Source: Candidatus Ryanbacteria bacterium RIFCSPHIGHO2_02_FULL_45_17b (lineage in GTDB: Bacteria > Patescibacteriota > Minisyncoccia > Ryanbacterales > 2-02-FULL-48-12). From it: a DNA stretch of 64,000 nt. The notes below the pieces were generated by a model. The model searched no databases. It was not told the origin of the DNA and saw only the letters and a program-made list of their open reading frames with translations. The translations under genes were made by a program, and so were the position numbers. The DNA lies in the NCBI GenBank assembly GCA_001819815.1, contig MHNO01000009.1:71734-135733 (forward strand), in the 5' to 3' direction. Positions 9,881 to 19,847 of the stretch are shown here, piece by piece (the stretch's first letter is position 1; each line of letters opens with the position of its first letter).

Positions 9881-10555
9881 TTAGTACGTCTTCCAATAGG
9901 AGATGTTTGCTTCTGCTTTTGTAGCGCTCAACCATGCTGAGAACGCGGAAGAAAATTTTTGCTGGCGCAGTGTATCTCGTACTATTTTCTTCTGTTCTTC
10001 AGCTGAATTTGTAGGAGATAGGAAACTTTTATTTTGTTCCGTGTATGCCTTTATTTCCTCTTCAGAAACAACAAGCTGATCTTCCAAAAGCCGCTCCGCG
10101 AGTTTTTGCATGCGAATGGTTTTTCGCACTTGTTCAATGGTGACATTCTCTGCCTTCAGCGCATCCTCTAAGGTCATATTCTGCGAGCTCAAACTCGCAC
10201 GTATATCCGATAAAGCTCCCTCAATATCTTCGTCGCTCACTACAATTCCTAACTCCGTGGCTCTCTTTTCTACAAGCGTCTGATTCACAAGCGCATCAAG
10301 CACTTGCGCCCCTGACTGGTTTTCCAACTCGCGCACAACCGCGAAACGGCTAATAGGAGTTCCATCTATGAGCGCTACAACAAATGTGCTCCTGAATACA
10401 TATAAAAGCGCGAGAACAATAATAATCACAACAAGCGCCACTGCCCAACGCACCAAATGTCTTTTGGGCGCAGGTAGTAATGGAACACCCGGCACTACTT
10501 CTTCTTTTGCGTACGGAGGAACTTGTGTTTCCTCTAGAATGTGAATTGGATCCAT
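9881..10555 (-). CDS. SurA N-terminal-domain / PrsA-like foldase without a parvulin domain
   Basis: TM, then VVALIDGTPIS...LVNQTLVEKRATELGIVVSDEDI. Confidence 0.8.
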   Translation of the reverse strand: MDPIHILEETQVPPYAKEEVVPGVPLLPAPKRHLVRWAVALVVIIIVLALLYVFRSTFVVALIDGTPISRFAVVRELENQSGAQVLDALVNQTLVEKRATELGIVVSDEDIEGALSDIRASLSSQNMTLEDALKAENVTIEQVRKTIRMQKLAERLLEDQLVVSEEEIKAYTEQNKSFLSPTNSAEEQKKIVRDTLRQQKFSSAFSAWLSATKAEANISYWKTY

Positions 10556-10667
10556 ATAGTATTACTATGCTTATATTTTTTTGTTCCGCGAATAAACCGC
10601 CATTAGCAAAATCAAAATATGTCTCCATGGTGTCACAATAAAAAAACAAAGTCAAATCCTGTACATA

Positions 10668-11609
10668 TCAGCCTGTAAACCCTGTCCTTATCAACGCATC
10701 TTCAAACATAATACGTTTTACTCCATAGGGCTTCAAAAACTGTTCTTCGTGTTCCATAAGCATTTTACATTGGTCAGCCGCAATAACAGCTTCAGAGTTA
10801 TTTTGTGAGAGAGCTGTATGTACTCTATTTGCGAGTATAGCAATGCTTTCCGTAAACCATTTTTGCATTCCTTCCGGATTTTCACGTAACTTTTCCGCGT
10901 ACTTCATACGTTCCGCGATAGAAGCGCCACATAACGCATGGACATGCGTGTGTTCCTTCTCTAACAGTTTTTGCTCATCCACGGACGTTATAAGTCGAAT
11001 AGCAACACCCGGAAAACCGCCCGCGAGCCGTGCTACGCGAGCCGCTTGTTCCGAAGAAAGCCGATGTTCTTTTTCAAGACCCGCAGCAAGCGCGCTCTCA
11101 GATAATGGCCAAAACCGTACATGCCACACACGTGAACGAATGGTCTGGAGCACATCATCTGCTGTACACGCGAGAAGCAAAAACAGCACCCGCCCGCGTG
11201 GCTCCTCCAACACTTTCAAAAACGCGTTTGCCGCTTCGCGCGTTATGCGAGAAATATCCCGAATTATAAAAACACGTGTTCCGCCATACGCCGACAAAGC
11301 GGCTTGTTCCCGCACCTGTTGAATATCCTCCAAATGAAGAGTGGTTTCTCCTGTCTGTTCGGCATCAACCACTACCATATCTGGATGCGTTCCCGCCTTC
11401 GTCATTACGCACGCGCGGCACATTCCGCATGAAAATAGTGTTTCCGTTCCGGTTTCTTTTTTTTCACACAGCAACGCGGCGGCAACTTTTTTAGCAAACG
11501 CCATTTTCCCCACATGCCGCGCACCCGAAAAAAGATACGCGTGGGACATAGTGCCCGAACGCATATGAATATCAAGTAATTGTAATTGACGGTAGTGACC
11601 AATAATCAT
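10668..11609 (-). CDS. holB: DNA polymerase III delta' subunit
   Basis: SHAYLFSGARHVGK, CGMCRAC, HPD, AANAFLKVLEEP, TIRSR. Confidence 0.88.
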   Translation of the reverse strand: MIIGHYRQLQLLDIHMRSGTMSHAYLFSGARHVGKMAFAKKVAAALLCEKKETGTETLFSCGMCRACVMTKAGTHPDMVVVDAEQTGETTLHLEDIQQVREQAALSAYGGTRVFIIRDISRITREAANAFLKVLEEPRGRVLFLLLACTADDVLQTIRSRVWHVRFWPLSESALAAGLEKEHRLSSEQAARVARLAGGFPGVAIRLITSVDEQKLLEKEHTHVHALCGASIAERMKYAEKLRENPEGMQKWFTESIAILANRVHTALSQNNSEAVIAADQCKMLMEHEEQFLKPYGVKRIMFEDALIRTGFTG

Positions 11610-11740
11610 GAGCGTATCATACCAAACAAAAACAGCCCCTGCGAACAAGAGCTGTTTTAAAATTCCACGTCTCAATCTATTACTTGTCTAACAGACTAGG
11701 ATGTGGAGGGCAGATGGTTTCAATACCTGCCCTATACTCA

Positions 11741-11899
11741 CTAGTTATATGAAACAAAAACAGCGAGCCAGTCATATGTCTGAACTTTCCCATCTTGGAC
11801 CCACGCCTTTCGACATGGGACCAATTCGACTGCCGTCACGTTGGACGGCAGCCAGTAAGGAAGGGCTGCAAACAAAACATCTGTAAAGTGCTTGAACAT
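11741..11899 (-). CDS. 52-aa hypothetical protein
   Basis: Strong AAGGAGG SD upstream of MFKHFTD. Confidence 0.45.
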   Translation of the reverse strand: MFKHFTDVLFAALPYWLPSNVTAVELVPCRKAWVQDGKVQTYDWLAVFVSYN

Positions 11900-12003
11900 C
11901 TTTCTCTCCTCCTTCAGGTGAGATTGTAATTTCCGACCGCGATTCAAGTATAACTTTATAAATTACCCCAATCGCAACCGGGAACGTGTATGGTTCAAAG
12001 AAC

Positions 12004-12078
12004 TTTCCTCTCAGAATCTTTATCTTGGGTTTGGTCCTTTGACTTTGCTCAGGATAAAAATTCAGTCAAGGAGGGAAA
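12004..12078. repeat. REP-like hairpin with a CCTTTGACTTTGCTCAGGATAAA core
   Basis: TTTCCTC...TTTATCTTGGG pairs with CTCAGGATAAA...GAGGGAAA. Confidence 0.5.
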
Positions 12079-12234
12079 GATGTTTACAAAGATGTCTCTG
12101 CAAACTTCCTTGGTAACGGCATTCCGATATAATCGGAACTTTCCCTCAGCCGAAACTTTTTACGGTGGTGTTTTCCCACCTTGGTTTCTTCACCTCATTC
12201 GTGGCTCCTTTCGGAAAGGACAGGAAACTCTACT

Positions 12235-12507
12235 TTAGTCTCCTGCCAGTCTATCTTGTCCCATCTGCAGAATCGCTATCCTCTCCACGAGGATAGTTAA
12301 AACGAGCGTCCCTCTCACACCCTCCCCCAAGAATATGGAGAGGATTGCGGTTACAACCCCGACCCCCACGATGTTTGCAAACGAGTTGACCCCCGTCTTT
12401 CCGTGGAAAGTGTCAACTGTACTTTTTATCACCATACAAAGAAAGTACAGCGCCACTGCGAACAAACAAACATCTACAAACGTAACACTAAACGTAATAC
12501 CAGGCAT
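12235..12507 (-). CDS. Hypothetical 3-TM membrane protein
   Basis: 90 aa, hydrophobic; GAGGAGG SD; canonical promoter upstream. Confidence 0.7.
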   Translation of the reverse strand: MPGITFSVTFVDVCLFAVALYFLCMVIKSTVDTFHGKTGVNSFANIVGVGVVTAILSIFLGEGVRGTLVLTILVERIAILQMGQDRLAGD

Positions 12508-12578
12508 CTTCTCCTCCTCGTCCGAACGTCGGGACCACGGTTTTTGGCATGAAATTAAGGGACTTTCTATCTGCCTAA

Positions 12579-12607
12579 ATTATAACAATATATGCTACAA
12601 AAGTCAA
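12579..12607 (-). promoter_or_regulatory. Sigma70 promoter TTGACT-17-TATAAT
   Basis: Near-consensus hexamers with a 17-nt spacer upstream of the ORF starting at 12507. Confidence 0.75.
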
Positions 12608-12626
12608 TAGAACCATGCCCACAACA

Positions 12627-12657
12627 ATAAATACCCTTATTTTACAAGGGTATTTAT
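12627..12657 (-). terminator. Hairpin terminator after mreB
   Basis: ATAAATACCCTT / AAGGGTATTTAT inverted repeat directly after the stop codon. Confidence 0.6.
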
Positions 12658-12658
12658 A

Positions 12659-13672
12659 CTATCTTTTTGCCACCATACTTCTCTTGTACACGTCCAAATG
12701 ATCCAGCGCTTCTCCGGCGCCACGCGCAACGCAAAGCGCGGCATCTTTTGCCACGCGCGCGGGAACTCCCGTGGAGCGAAACACAAGCTCGTCGATATTC
12801 CGCAATAACGAGCCGCCGCCTGTCATAATAATGCCATGATCCATAACGTCTGCCGCAAGCTCCGGCGGGGTTTGTTGTAAAACGGTTTTGATGGTGCGAA
12901 CCATTTCTTGCAAGCGCTCAGAAATGGCATCCACCACGTCATTCGTAGAAAGTTCTGCTGTGCGCGGAAGACCAGTAAGAAAATCCCGCCCGCGCACTTC
13001 ATGTGTTTCTTCCTCTTCCACAGGTATAGCAGAACCAATGGCAACTTTTATTTCTTCAGCCGCACGCTCACCAATGGCAAGATTCATATGTTTTTTAATG
13101 TAATCAGCAATTGCCTGGTCAATTTTATTTCCCGCCACTTTTGCGGACGCCGCCGCCACAATACCTCCCAGCGAAATAACAGCCACATCCGTGGTACCGC
13201 CTCCGATATCTACAATCATGTAACCCGTAGGCTCATGAATGGGAATACCCGCGCCGATTGCCGCAAGTATCGGTTCTTTTATAACATAAGCAGATTTTGC
13301 CCCCGCGCGCATGGCTGCCTCCACCACCGATCTCCGTTCGGTAGACGTAACGCCTGCGGGTACCGATATCACCACTTCGGGTTTGAATATCTGAAATCGT
13401 CCGCGGGCTTTTGCAATAAAATAACGCAACATTGCTTCTGTTACGCGATAATCCGCGATAGCGCCGTCGCGCATAGGCTGATACGCGATAATATGTTCGG
13501 GTGTGCGTCCTACCATCACTTTTGCCTCGTTCCCAACCGCAAGAACTTTATTTTCAATCGTGGAAACAGCAACTACCGACGGTTCGTTGATAACAACGCC
13601 GCGCCCGGGTACAAACACAAGCGTGTTTGCCGTACCCAAATCTATGCCAAGTTTTGTAATAAAATTAAACAT
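12659..13672 (-). CDS. mreB: Rod shape-determining protein MreB/Mbl
   Basis: GIDLGTANT, EPSVVA, DIGGGTT, GGGSLLRN. Confidence 0.95.
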   Translation of the reverse strand: MFNFITKLGIDLGTANTLVFVPGRGVVINEPSVVAVSTIENKVLAVGNEAKVMVGRTPEHIIAYQPMRDGAIADYRVTEAMLRYFIAKARGRFQIFKPEVVISVPAGVTSTERRSVVEAAMRAGAKSAYVIKEPILAAIGAGIPIHEPTGYMIVDIGGGTTDVAVISLGGIVAAASAKVAGNKIDQAIADYIKKHMNLAIGERAAEEIKVAIGSAIPVEEEETHEVRGRDFLTGLPRTAELSTNDVVDAISERLQEMVRTIKTVLQQTPPELAADVMDHGIIMTGGGSLLRNIDELVFRSTGVPARVAKDAALCVARGAGEALDHLDVYKRSMVAKR

Positions 13673-13691
13673 AGCAGCACCTGATGCCTGA

Positions 13692-14954
13692 CTATTCTCT
13701 CTTAATATCCGCTCCCACCGCTTGCAAGCGTTCATCTAATTTCTCATACCCTCTGTCAATTTGATACACATTACTGACGCGTGAAGTACCGCGAGCCACA
13801 AGTGCAGCAATTACAAACGCCATACCCGCTCGCAAATCCGGACTTTCAAAATTACGGGGACGTAATTTCGCGGGTCCAAATACGATAGCACGATGCAAAT
13901 CACACGGGACAATATGCGCGCCCATACGATTCAAATCTTCTACATATGCAAGACGCCCTTCAAAGAGAGTTTCAAATACCATTGATTCACCGTGTGCTTG
14001 CGTAAGAAGGACCATAAAAGGAGCTTGATAATCAGTCGCAAACCCGGGATATTCATGCGTCCGCACATTCACCGGCTGCAGTTTTGCCGCGCGCGTTATG
14101 GAAAGCCAATCTTTCCCCTGTTCGATACCCGCGCCCGCGGAACGCAAATAAGCGAGAAGTACCTCCATGTGCGCCGGATCACATTGTGTAATCTTTAGGT
14201 CTTTTCCTAAAAGAGCCGCAAGAATAGCAAAGCTCCCCGCCTCCAATCTGTCTGGTATTATCTGGCAAGTCCCGCCTTTGAGCAGTTTACCTCCCGTACC
14301 CTCGATGGAAATGATAGGCGTTCCTGCACCCTGTATACGAGCACCGCACGCATTCAAAAATTTTGCGAGCGCCGCGATTTCCGGTTCCAAAGCGGCATTT
14401 CGGAGTATTGTGCGTCCTTTTGCCAAAACAGCAGTCATCATGAGCCCCTCCGTTCCGGTATGACTCACCAAACGAAATGTGTAATCAGTACCACGCAACT
14501 CCCGAGCGCGTATATCAAATCCGGCAGAATTTTCTCGGATCACCGCGCCCATTGCGCGCCATCCTTCCAGAAAAACATCTATAGGCCGGCGCCCGATAAC
14601 ACAACCCCCCGGATGCGGAAATTGCGCCCGGCCCTCACGCGCAAGAAGCGGACCTGCAAAAAGAATGGATGGACGTATGCGTTCCGCGATAGAACGAGGA
14701 AGTTCCGTAGCAAGAGAGCGTGTGGTCGGAATAATACGAATTGAACGAGATGCCGTGTCAACCGTTTGGTACCCAACAGAAGAGAGAAGATCGCGCATAC
14801 GCGCAACGTCTTCTATAACAGGCATGTGAGTCAACACTACAGGCTCTTTACATAACAAAGCGGCTGGAAACATCTTTGTTGCATGATTTTTTGCCCCCCG
14901 AACGGGAATTTCACCGGAAAGCGTCTTGCCGCCGCGAATAATAAAATGAGACAT
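13692..14954 (-). CDS. murA: UDP-N-acetylglucosamine 1-carboxyvinyltransferase
   Basis: GAKN, PGGCVIGRRP, PDRLEAG, YPGFATD, DLRAG, IDRGYE. Confidence 0.95.
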   Translation of the reverse strand: MSHFIIRGGKTLSGEIPVRGAKNHATKMFPAALLCKEPVVLTHMPVIEDVARMRDLLSSVGYQTVDTASRSIRIIPTTRSLATELPRSIAERIRPSILFAGPLLAREGRAQFPHPGGCVIGRRPIDVFLEGWRAMGAVIRENSAGFDIRARELRGTDYTFRLVSHTGTEGLMMTAVLAKGRTILRNAALEPEIAALAKFLNACGARIQGAGTPIISIEGTGGKLLKGGTCQIIPDRLEAGSFAILAALLGKDLKITQCDPAHMEVLLAYLRSAGAGIEQGKDWLSITRAAKLQPVNVRTHEYPGFATDYQAPFMVLLTQAHGESMVFETLFEGRLAYVEDLNRMGAHIVPCDLHRAIVFGPAKLRPRNFESPDLRAGMAFVIAALVARGTSRVSNVYQIDRGYEKLDERLQAVGADIKRE

Positions 14955-14995
14955 AGCGCATTCACTCTATCACTCATATTTGCTAGCATCAAGGT

Positions 14996-16387
14996 ATGAC
15001 CTACCGTGCGCGGAAGCTCCTTTTTTTGTTCAGTATACTCGCATTCCTGACATTAAGCGGACCTCTTCTCCTCTACACATTCGGCTATCGGCTTTCACTT
15101 TCAAACTTCGACATACATAAAACGGGGGGTGTTTTTATACACACAAACCCGCCGGGGACAGACCTTGCCATTGGAGAAGTCAAGCAAACAACATCGTATC
15201 TTACCGGCAACGCGTTTATCCAAAACCTGCGCCCTGCTCCCTATACCATACGCGTATCACGTAAAAGCTATCAGTCTTGGGAAAAAACGGTTGATGTAGA
15301 AGCGCAAACGGTAACAGAATTATTTCCGGTACTCATGCCCGCCACGCCCATAATAACCGTATTGAAGACTGCGTCATCCACCGGCATGCGCGCGTCTCCC
15401 AACGCATCGCTCCTCATTCTCTATGATACAAAGAAGGCCAAACATATATATGAACTATTTGATCCCAACCTGCACAAAACACTTCCGTTCGCCGACGCAC
15501 TGTCTCAATCCCTCATAGCTTCCGTGCCACCGGATGCCGTATGGAATTGGAACGCATCAGAAACCGGTGCCCTGATAGAAACATCCGATAACTGGATCAG
15601 ACTCACGCGCCAAGACAATGTCATACGCGTCCGTTCACTCTACCGCCAAACACCGCTCGCACATATCGTGAGCAAAAAACCGCGTCTTCTGGCAGAAGAC
15701 CCGCGCAATGTAGATTCCTATTTTTTTCTTGATGGAACAAATTTTGCACGCTGGAACACAAAAACCAACGTCGCACAGCAGCTTCTCCAAAGTATCGGCG
15801 GGTTTCTTGTGGGAGACACGTATCTTATCTTGTGGGACATGCAAAGCGGCGCGCCACAAATCACAACATTTGATGCAACCCAGCCGCGGCCGTATGCCAC
15901 TTCTTCCTTTCCTATCATTACAGAAAGCAAGATGCGGGAAATAGGTAGCTATCTTTTACTTGCAAGCAAGGATAAAACGTGGCTTCTTTCAAATTCAGGC
16001 AAAAACCCATCCCAACTCTCCACAAACTCATCAAACCTTCAAAACATACTTCATACTGATGCTTACGTGCTTTGGTGGGATAATCACACTATCTCGATCC
16101 ACTGGATTGTGCCCGAGCAACAACTCCCCTCTTTCCAAAAAAGTCAGCAGGAAACACTATATGAATCGAATGAAACCATTCAAAATGTGATGCCCTATCC
16201 GGAAGAACACTATCTGATTATCCAGGAAGAGAACACGATCTATACTCTAGAACTCGACGGACGCGGCGGAACACGCAATAAACATATTCTCTATAAAGGC
16301 AACAAACCTTCTTTCTTTGCGCCACCGCATAAAAAAATACTGTACGTGTATGATAATGGGTCCCTGCTTGCGATTGAACTTCCATAG
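14996..16387 (+). CDS. PEGA-domain membrane-anchored protein
   Basis: TM, GYR..KTGGVFIHTNPPG..NLRPAPYTIRVSRKSYQSWEK, then a beta-rich region. Confidence 0.8.
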   Translation: MTYRARKLLFLFSILAFLTLSGPLLLYTFGYRLSLSNFDIHKTGGVFIHTNPPGTDLAIGEVKQTTSYLTGNAFIQNLRPAPYTIRVSRKSYQSWEKTVDVEAQTVTELFPVLMPATPIITVLKTASSTGMRASPNASLLILYDTKKAKHIYELFDPNLHKTLPFADALSQSLIASVPPDAVWNWNASETGALIETSDNWIRLTRQDNVIRVRSLYRQTPLAHIVSKKPRLLAEDPRNVDSYFFLDGTNFARWNTKTNVAQQLLQSIGGFLVGDTYLILWDMQSGAPQITTFDATQPRPYATSSFPIITESKMREIGSYLLLASKDKTWLLSNSGKNPSQLSTNSSNLQNILHTDAYVLWWDNHTISIHWIVPEQQLPSFQKSQQETLYESNETIQNVMPYPEEHYLIIQEENTIYTLELDGRGGTRNKHILYKGNKPSFFAPPHKKILYVYDNGSLLAIELP

Positions 16388-16525
16388 AAAAAAGCGAGTT
16401 TTCAGGCTCGCTTTGGTTTGGTCGTGGTGGTTGGCAATCTTGCAAGAATGTGAGGTCTAACCCTCAAGTTCCAGAGAATGTCTCTTTATAAAGCCGACGC
16501 CACCACTCGCCTGCTTGCGCTCAAA
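16388..16525 (-). ncRNA. Candidate structured small RNA ending in an intrinsic terminator
   Basis: TATAGT box upstream; long stem GTGGTGGCGTCGGC / GCCAACCACCAC; terminal GCGAG-loop-CTCGC-T tract. Confidence 0.35.
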
Positions 16526-16561
16526 CACTATACCCGTTCCTAGGGTAGCACTCCTATAATT

Positions 16562-17845
16562 TTACGCAACCGCCTTTGCAATCTTCCACCCATTCCCCGC
16601 GCCAAGCGTAATGATAACATGTTGTTTCGGGGTAAAAGATAATCTCTTGCCATACATAATCGCCTCCGGAAAAGATAAGATATGTACAAGCGATTTTTTC
16701 TCTCTCCGCATAATGCCGTCTCGCAAGCGCGGTAACAAATCGGTTGGAAAATCTTCTTTGCGTTCCCGCGCGGAACTATAAATCGGCAGCAACACCACCT
16801 CGTCAACATCTTTGAAAGCGCGCGCAAAATCATTCAGTAATGCGTGTGTACGCGAATAGGTGTGCGGTTGAAACAGCGCGGTTATGCGATGTTTTGGATA
16901 TTGGCGGCGCACCGCGGCAAGTGTAGTACGAATTTCCGTCGGGTGATGCGCGTAGTCATCTATCACAATAGTTGAAGCAGTCGGGGACGTATAAAATTCC
17001 ATGCGTCGTGAAGTTCCTTCATACGCATTAAGCGACTGCCTCGCTTTTAACGCGGAAATACCAAGATATTTCGCCACACAAAGCGCAGCCGCTTTGTTGA
17101 GCTCCATGTGTCTCCCTTCTCCTTTTCTTGCGATACCGTACCACACAACGTTGCATGGAATTTTTTTGAGAATCCCTTTGAGATGTTTTTCCCCAATCAG
17201 AAGACCGTTTTGGGGAAGATACGATACGAGTTTTCGAAACGCATCTTCGTACTCTTTTTTTGTCTTAAAAAAATCAGGATGATCATGCTCAATACTTGTG
17301 AGCACAAGTATCTCCGGCCGTAATTTCAAGAACTTGTTTTGGTATTCGTCTCCCTCTGCAACCATCCACGATCCTTGACCCACGCGCGCGTTCTTTTGCC
17401 ATCGCCGCACCGTGGCTCCCACAAGCACGGTTGGGTCTAATCCGGCATCTTCCAACATAAGACCAATAAGCGCGGTAGTGGTAGTTTTGCCGTGAGTTCC
17501 GACAATCAGAATACCTCTTTTGATAGTAAATAACTCTGCAACCGCGTCACTATAATTCATAACAGGAATGCCCTTTTTGCGCGCAGTGGCTATCTCTACA
17601 TGACTATCTCCATAAGCGCTTGAACGCACTACCACATCAATTGATTTTGTGATATTCTTTTTTTGAAATCTCCGCACCCGAATGCCAAGTTTTCGTAAAA
17701 CACTGTCGGTAGAAAAGGGCTCAGTTGTGTCCGAACCCGTTACATGCTTTCCCTGGGCAACCAAAAGTTCACACAAAGCCGCCATGCCCTGGCCCTTAAT
17801 ACCCACCATATGAATCGTCTTATAATCAAGAATATGTTGCTTCAT
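16562..17845 (-). CDS. murC: UDP-N-acetylmuramate--L-alanine ligase
   Basis: HMVGIKGQGM, GTHGKTTT, DDYAHHPTEI, FQPHTYSRT, GAG. Confidence 0.93.
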   Translation of the reverse strand: MKQHILDYKTIHMVGIKGQGMAALCELLVAQGKHVTGSDTTEPFSTDSVLRKLGIRVRRFQKKNITKSIDVVVRSSAYGDSHVEIATARKKGIPVMNYSDAVAELFTIKRGILIVGTHGKTTTTALIGLMLEDAGLDPTVLVGATVRRWQKNARVGQGSWMVAEGDEYQNKFLKLRPEILVLTSIEHDHPDFFKTKKEYEDAFRKLVSYLPQNGLLIGEKHLKGILKKIPCNVVWYGIARKGEGRHMELNKAAALCVAKYLGISALKARQSLNAYEGTSRRMEFYTSPTASTIVIDDYAHHPTEIRTTLAAVRRQYPKHRITALFQPHTYSRTHALLNDFARAFKDVDEVVLLPIYSSARERKEDFPTDLLPRLRDGIMRREKKSLVHILSFPEAIMYGKRLSFTPKQHVIITLGAGNGWKIAKAVA

Positions 17846-17859
17846 GGTATAGTAGTAGT

Positions 17860-18300
17860 ATGCTGAAAAAAGAAACAAAATCAAATAGGACGAAGGCTGC
17901 CCCACGTGCTACGAACCCAGATATATTCCGCTTTATTGATTTTTTTGTCCGCACAGGTGAAAAAATGATAGGCAAAAAACCAACCATTATACGCGGAAAG
18001 GATGGCAAGCTTGTCTCTTATGCATTGCGCCGTCTCCCCGTGGGTAAATTGGAAACACTCACCGTGTGGTTCCTGGCACGCAAGAAAAACTTACAGCCCC
18101 TTATCGGCACCATGCTCTCAACACGCGTGCTTGATGAGCTTACGCGGGAAATGGATAAATCGTCGTTTTGGAAAGAAATAGATACGCTCATGGACCAATA
18201 CTACCCGCGCAAGGAAACAGTATCCATGTGGAAACCCTTTACTCATGCAGACATAACAAGCATGAAAGAAGAAGTCGCGCGTATCATGCGGAAATTCTAA
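17860..18300 (+). CDS. Hypothetical protein upstream of def-fmt
   Basis: 146-aa ORF, co-oriented with def and 6 nt from it. Confidence 0.65.
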   Translation: MLKKETKSNRTKAAPRATNPDIFRFIDFFVRTGEKMIGKKPTIIRGKDGKLVSYALRRLPVGKLETLTVWFLARKKNLQPLIGTMLSTRVLDELTREMDKSSFWKEIDTLMDQYYPRKETVSMWKPFTHADITSMKEEVARIMRKF

Positions 18301-18306
18301 CTGTAT

Positions 18307-18861
18307 ATGTCTCCTCAAAACTCAAAAAAAATTGTTACCAACCCAAACCCCGTTCTTCATAAACGGGCACTTGAGGTACCTATTGTTGAAATTACTTCCA
18401 AAAAAATCCAGCATATACTTGCGGATATGACGACGGCACTCCGCGGCACATCAGAAGGCATTGGCATTGCCGCGCCCCAAATCGGACATAGTTTGCAAAT
18501 CTTTCTTGCATCCGAAGAAGCCCTCCGGTGGGATGAGCTTGAAGACATGCCACGTGAAGATCGAAAGAAAAAACAATGGACGTATTATACATTTATAAAC
18601 CCTATCATAAGAAAAGCTTCAAAAAAGAAAACATCTGAAACAGAAGGATGTTTGAGCGTGCCTAAAACATATGGCACCGTGGAACGGTCAGAAAAAATTA
18701 CCGTAGAAGCGTATGATGAAACAGGTAAAAAGTTCCAGCGGGGCACCTCAAAATTATATGCCCGCGTCATGCAGCACGAAATAGATCACCTCAATGGCAT
18801 TTTGTTTATTGAAAAAGCAAAGAATATTAAGAACATACACGCTATAAAACCTGAAATATGA
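18307..18861 (+). CDS. def: Peptide deformylase
   Basis: GIGIAAPQIG, EGCLS, QHEIDHLNG. Confidence 0.96.
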   Translation: MSPQNSKKIVTNPNPVLHKRALEVPIVEITSKKIQHILADMTTALRGTSEGIGIAAPQIGHSLQIFLASEEALRWDELEDMPREDRKKKQWTYYTFINPIIRKASKKKTSETEGCLSVPKTYGTVERSEKITVEAYDETGKKFQRGTSKLYARVMQHEIDHLNGILFIEKAKNIKNIHAIKPEI

Positions 18862-19847
18862 AGATAATCTTTTTCGGCACCCCTGATTTTGCTGTTACCA
18901 TTTTGAAAGCGTTGATAGACGCGCATATGTCGCCTATCGCGGTAGTAACAACTCCCGATAAACCCGCCGGACGCGGACATATCATTACAAGTCCGCCCGT
19001 AAAAACATTTGTAGAAAAATATACCATTCCTGTATTTCAACCAGAAAAACTCAAAGACGAAACTTTCTTGCATACATTGCAAAATCTCAACGCGGATGTC
19101 TTTGTTATCGCGTCTTATGGAAAAATTCTTCCCCAAAATCTTCTTGATATCCCACTCAAAGGAACTATAAATGTCCATCCATCACTGCTTCCGCGCCACC
19201 GCGGCCCATCACCCATCCAGAGCGCAATTCTCGCCGGAGATAGCACAACAGGCATAACGCTCATGCTCACAGACAAAGAGATGGATCATGGACCCATCAT
19301 TGCAACCTGTAGTTGGCACATTGCAGATAGCAATAGTACCTACGCCCAACTTCACGACAAGCTTGCTGAACTTGGTGGAGATTTGCTTGTAAAGACTTTA
19401 CCGAGATGGATTGCAGGAGAAATCACACCTCAAGAGCAACATCATCCGGAAGCAACCTATACAAAACTTCTTACAAAAGAAGACGGACACATTGATTGGA
19501 CTAAATCAGCAAAAGAAATAGACCGCATGGTGCGTGCTCTAAATCCATGGCCCGGCACTTGGTCTACACTTTCGGAGGCGAAACCTCCGATTTTTTCAAA
19601 AATCGGAGGTTTCGCCTCCGAAAGTGTTAAGCGGGTAAAAATTCTTGCCGGACATCCACTGGATGAAAAATCAACCGTGCCAGCCGGTACTATTCTCAAA
19701 ACAAAAAGCGGCCACCTTGCCGCTTGTACTAAAAATGGTCTCTATATGATCGAGATGTTGCAAGTGGAAGGAAAGAAAGCAACTCTTGGCACAAACCTCC
19801 TTAATGAACTGTCTCATTCTCAACAGGCACATCCACGCCTCTTGTAA
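18858..19847 (+). CDS. fmt: Methionyl-tRNA formyltransferase with an in-frame palindromic insertion
   Basis: MKIIFFGTPDFA, NVHPSLLPRHRGPSPIQ, RALNPWPG. Confidence 0.95.
   Translation: MKIIFFGTPDFAVTILKALIDAHMSPIAVVTTPDKPAGRGHIITSPPVKTFVEKYTIPVFQPEKLKDETFLHTLQNLNADVFVIASYGKILPQNLLDIPLKGTINVHPSLLPRHRGPSPIQSAILAGDSTTGITLMLTDKEMDHGPIIATCSWHIADSNSTYAQLHDKLAELGGDLLVKTLPRWIAGEITPQEQHHPEATYTKLLTKEDGHIDWTKSAKEIDRMVRALNPWPGTWSTLSEAKPPIFSKIGGFASESVKRVKILAGHPLDEKSTVPAGTILKTKSGHLAACTKNGLYMIEMLQVEGKKATLGTNLLNELSHSQQAHPRLL
19566..19627. repeat. Perfect 30-bp inverted repeat inside fmt (GGAGGCGAAACCTCC family)
   Basis: Arms at 19566-19595 and 19598-19627; the same core occurs at 47097-47145. Confidence 0.92.

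Noticed and set aside
11960-12234. RNase P RNA (GAGGGAAAGTTCC resembles GAGGAAAGTCC)
   Set aside because: The 3' P4 partner and other conserved regions were not found.
12908-13684. Long antisense ORFs (for example 258 aa opposite mreB and 208 aa opposite secD)
   Set aside because: Shadow frames of conserved genes with no motifs.
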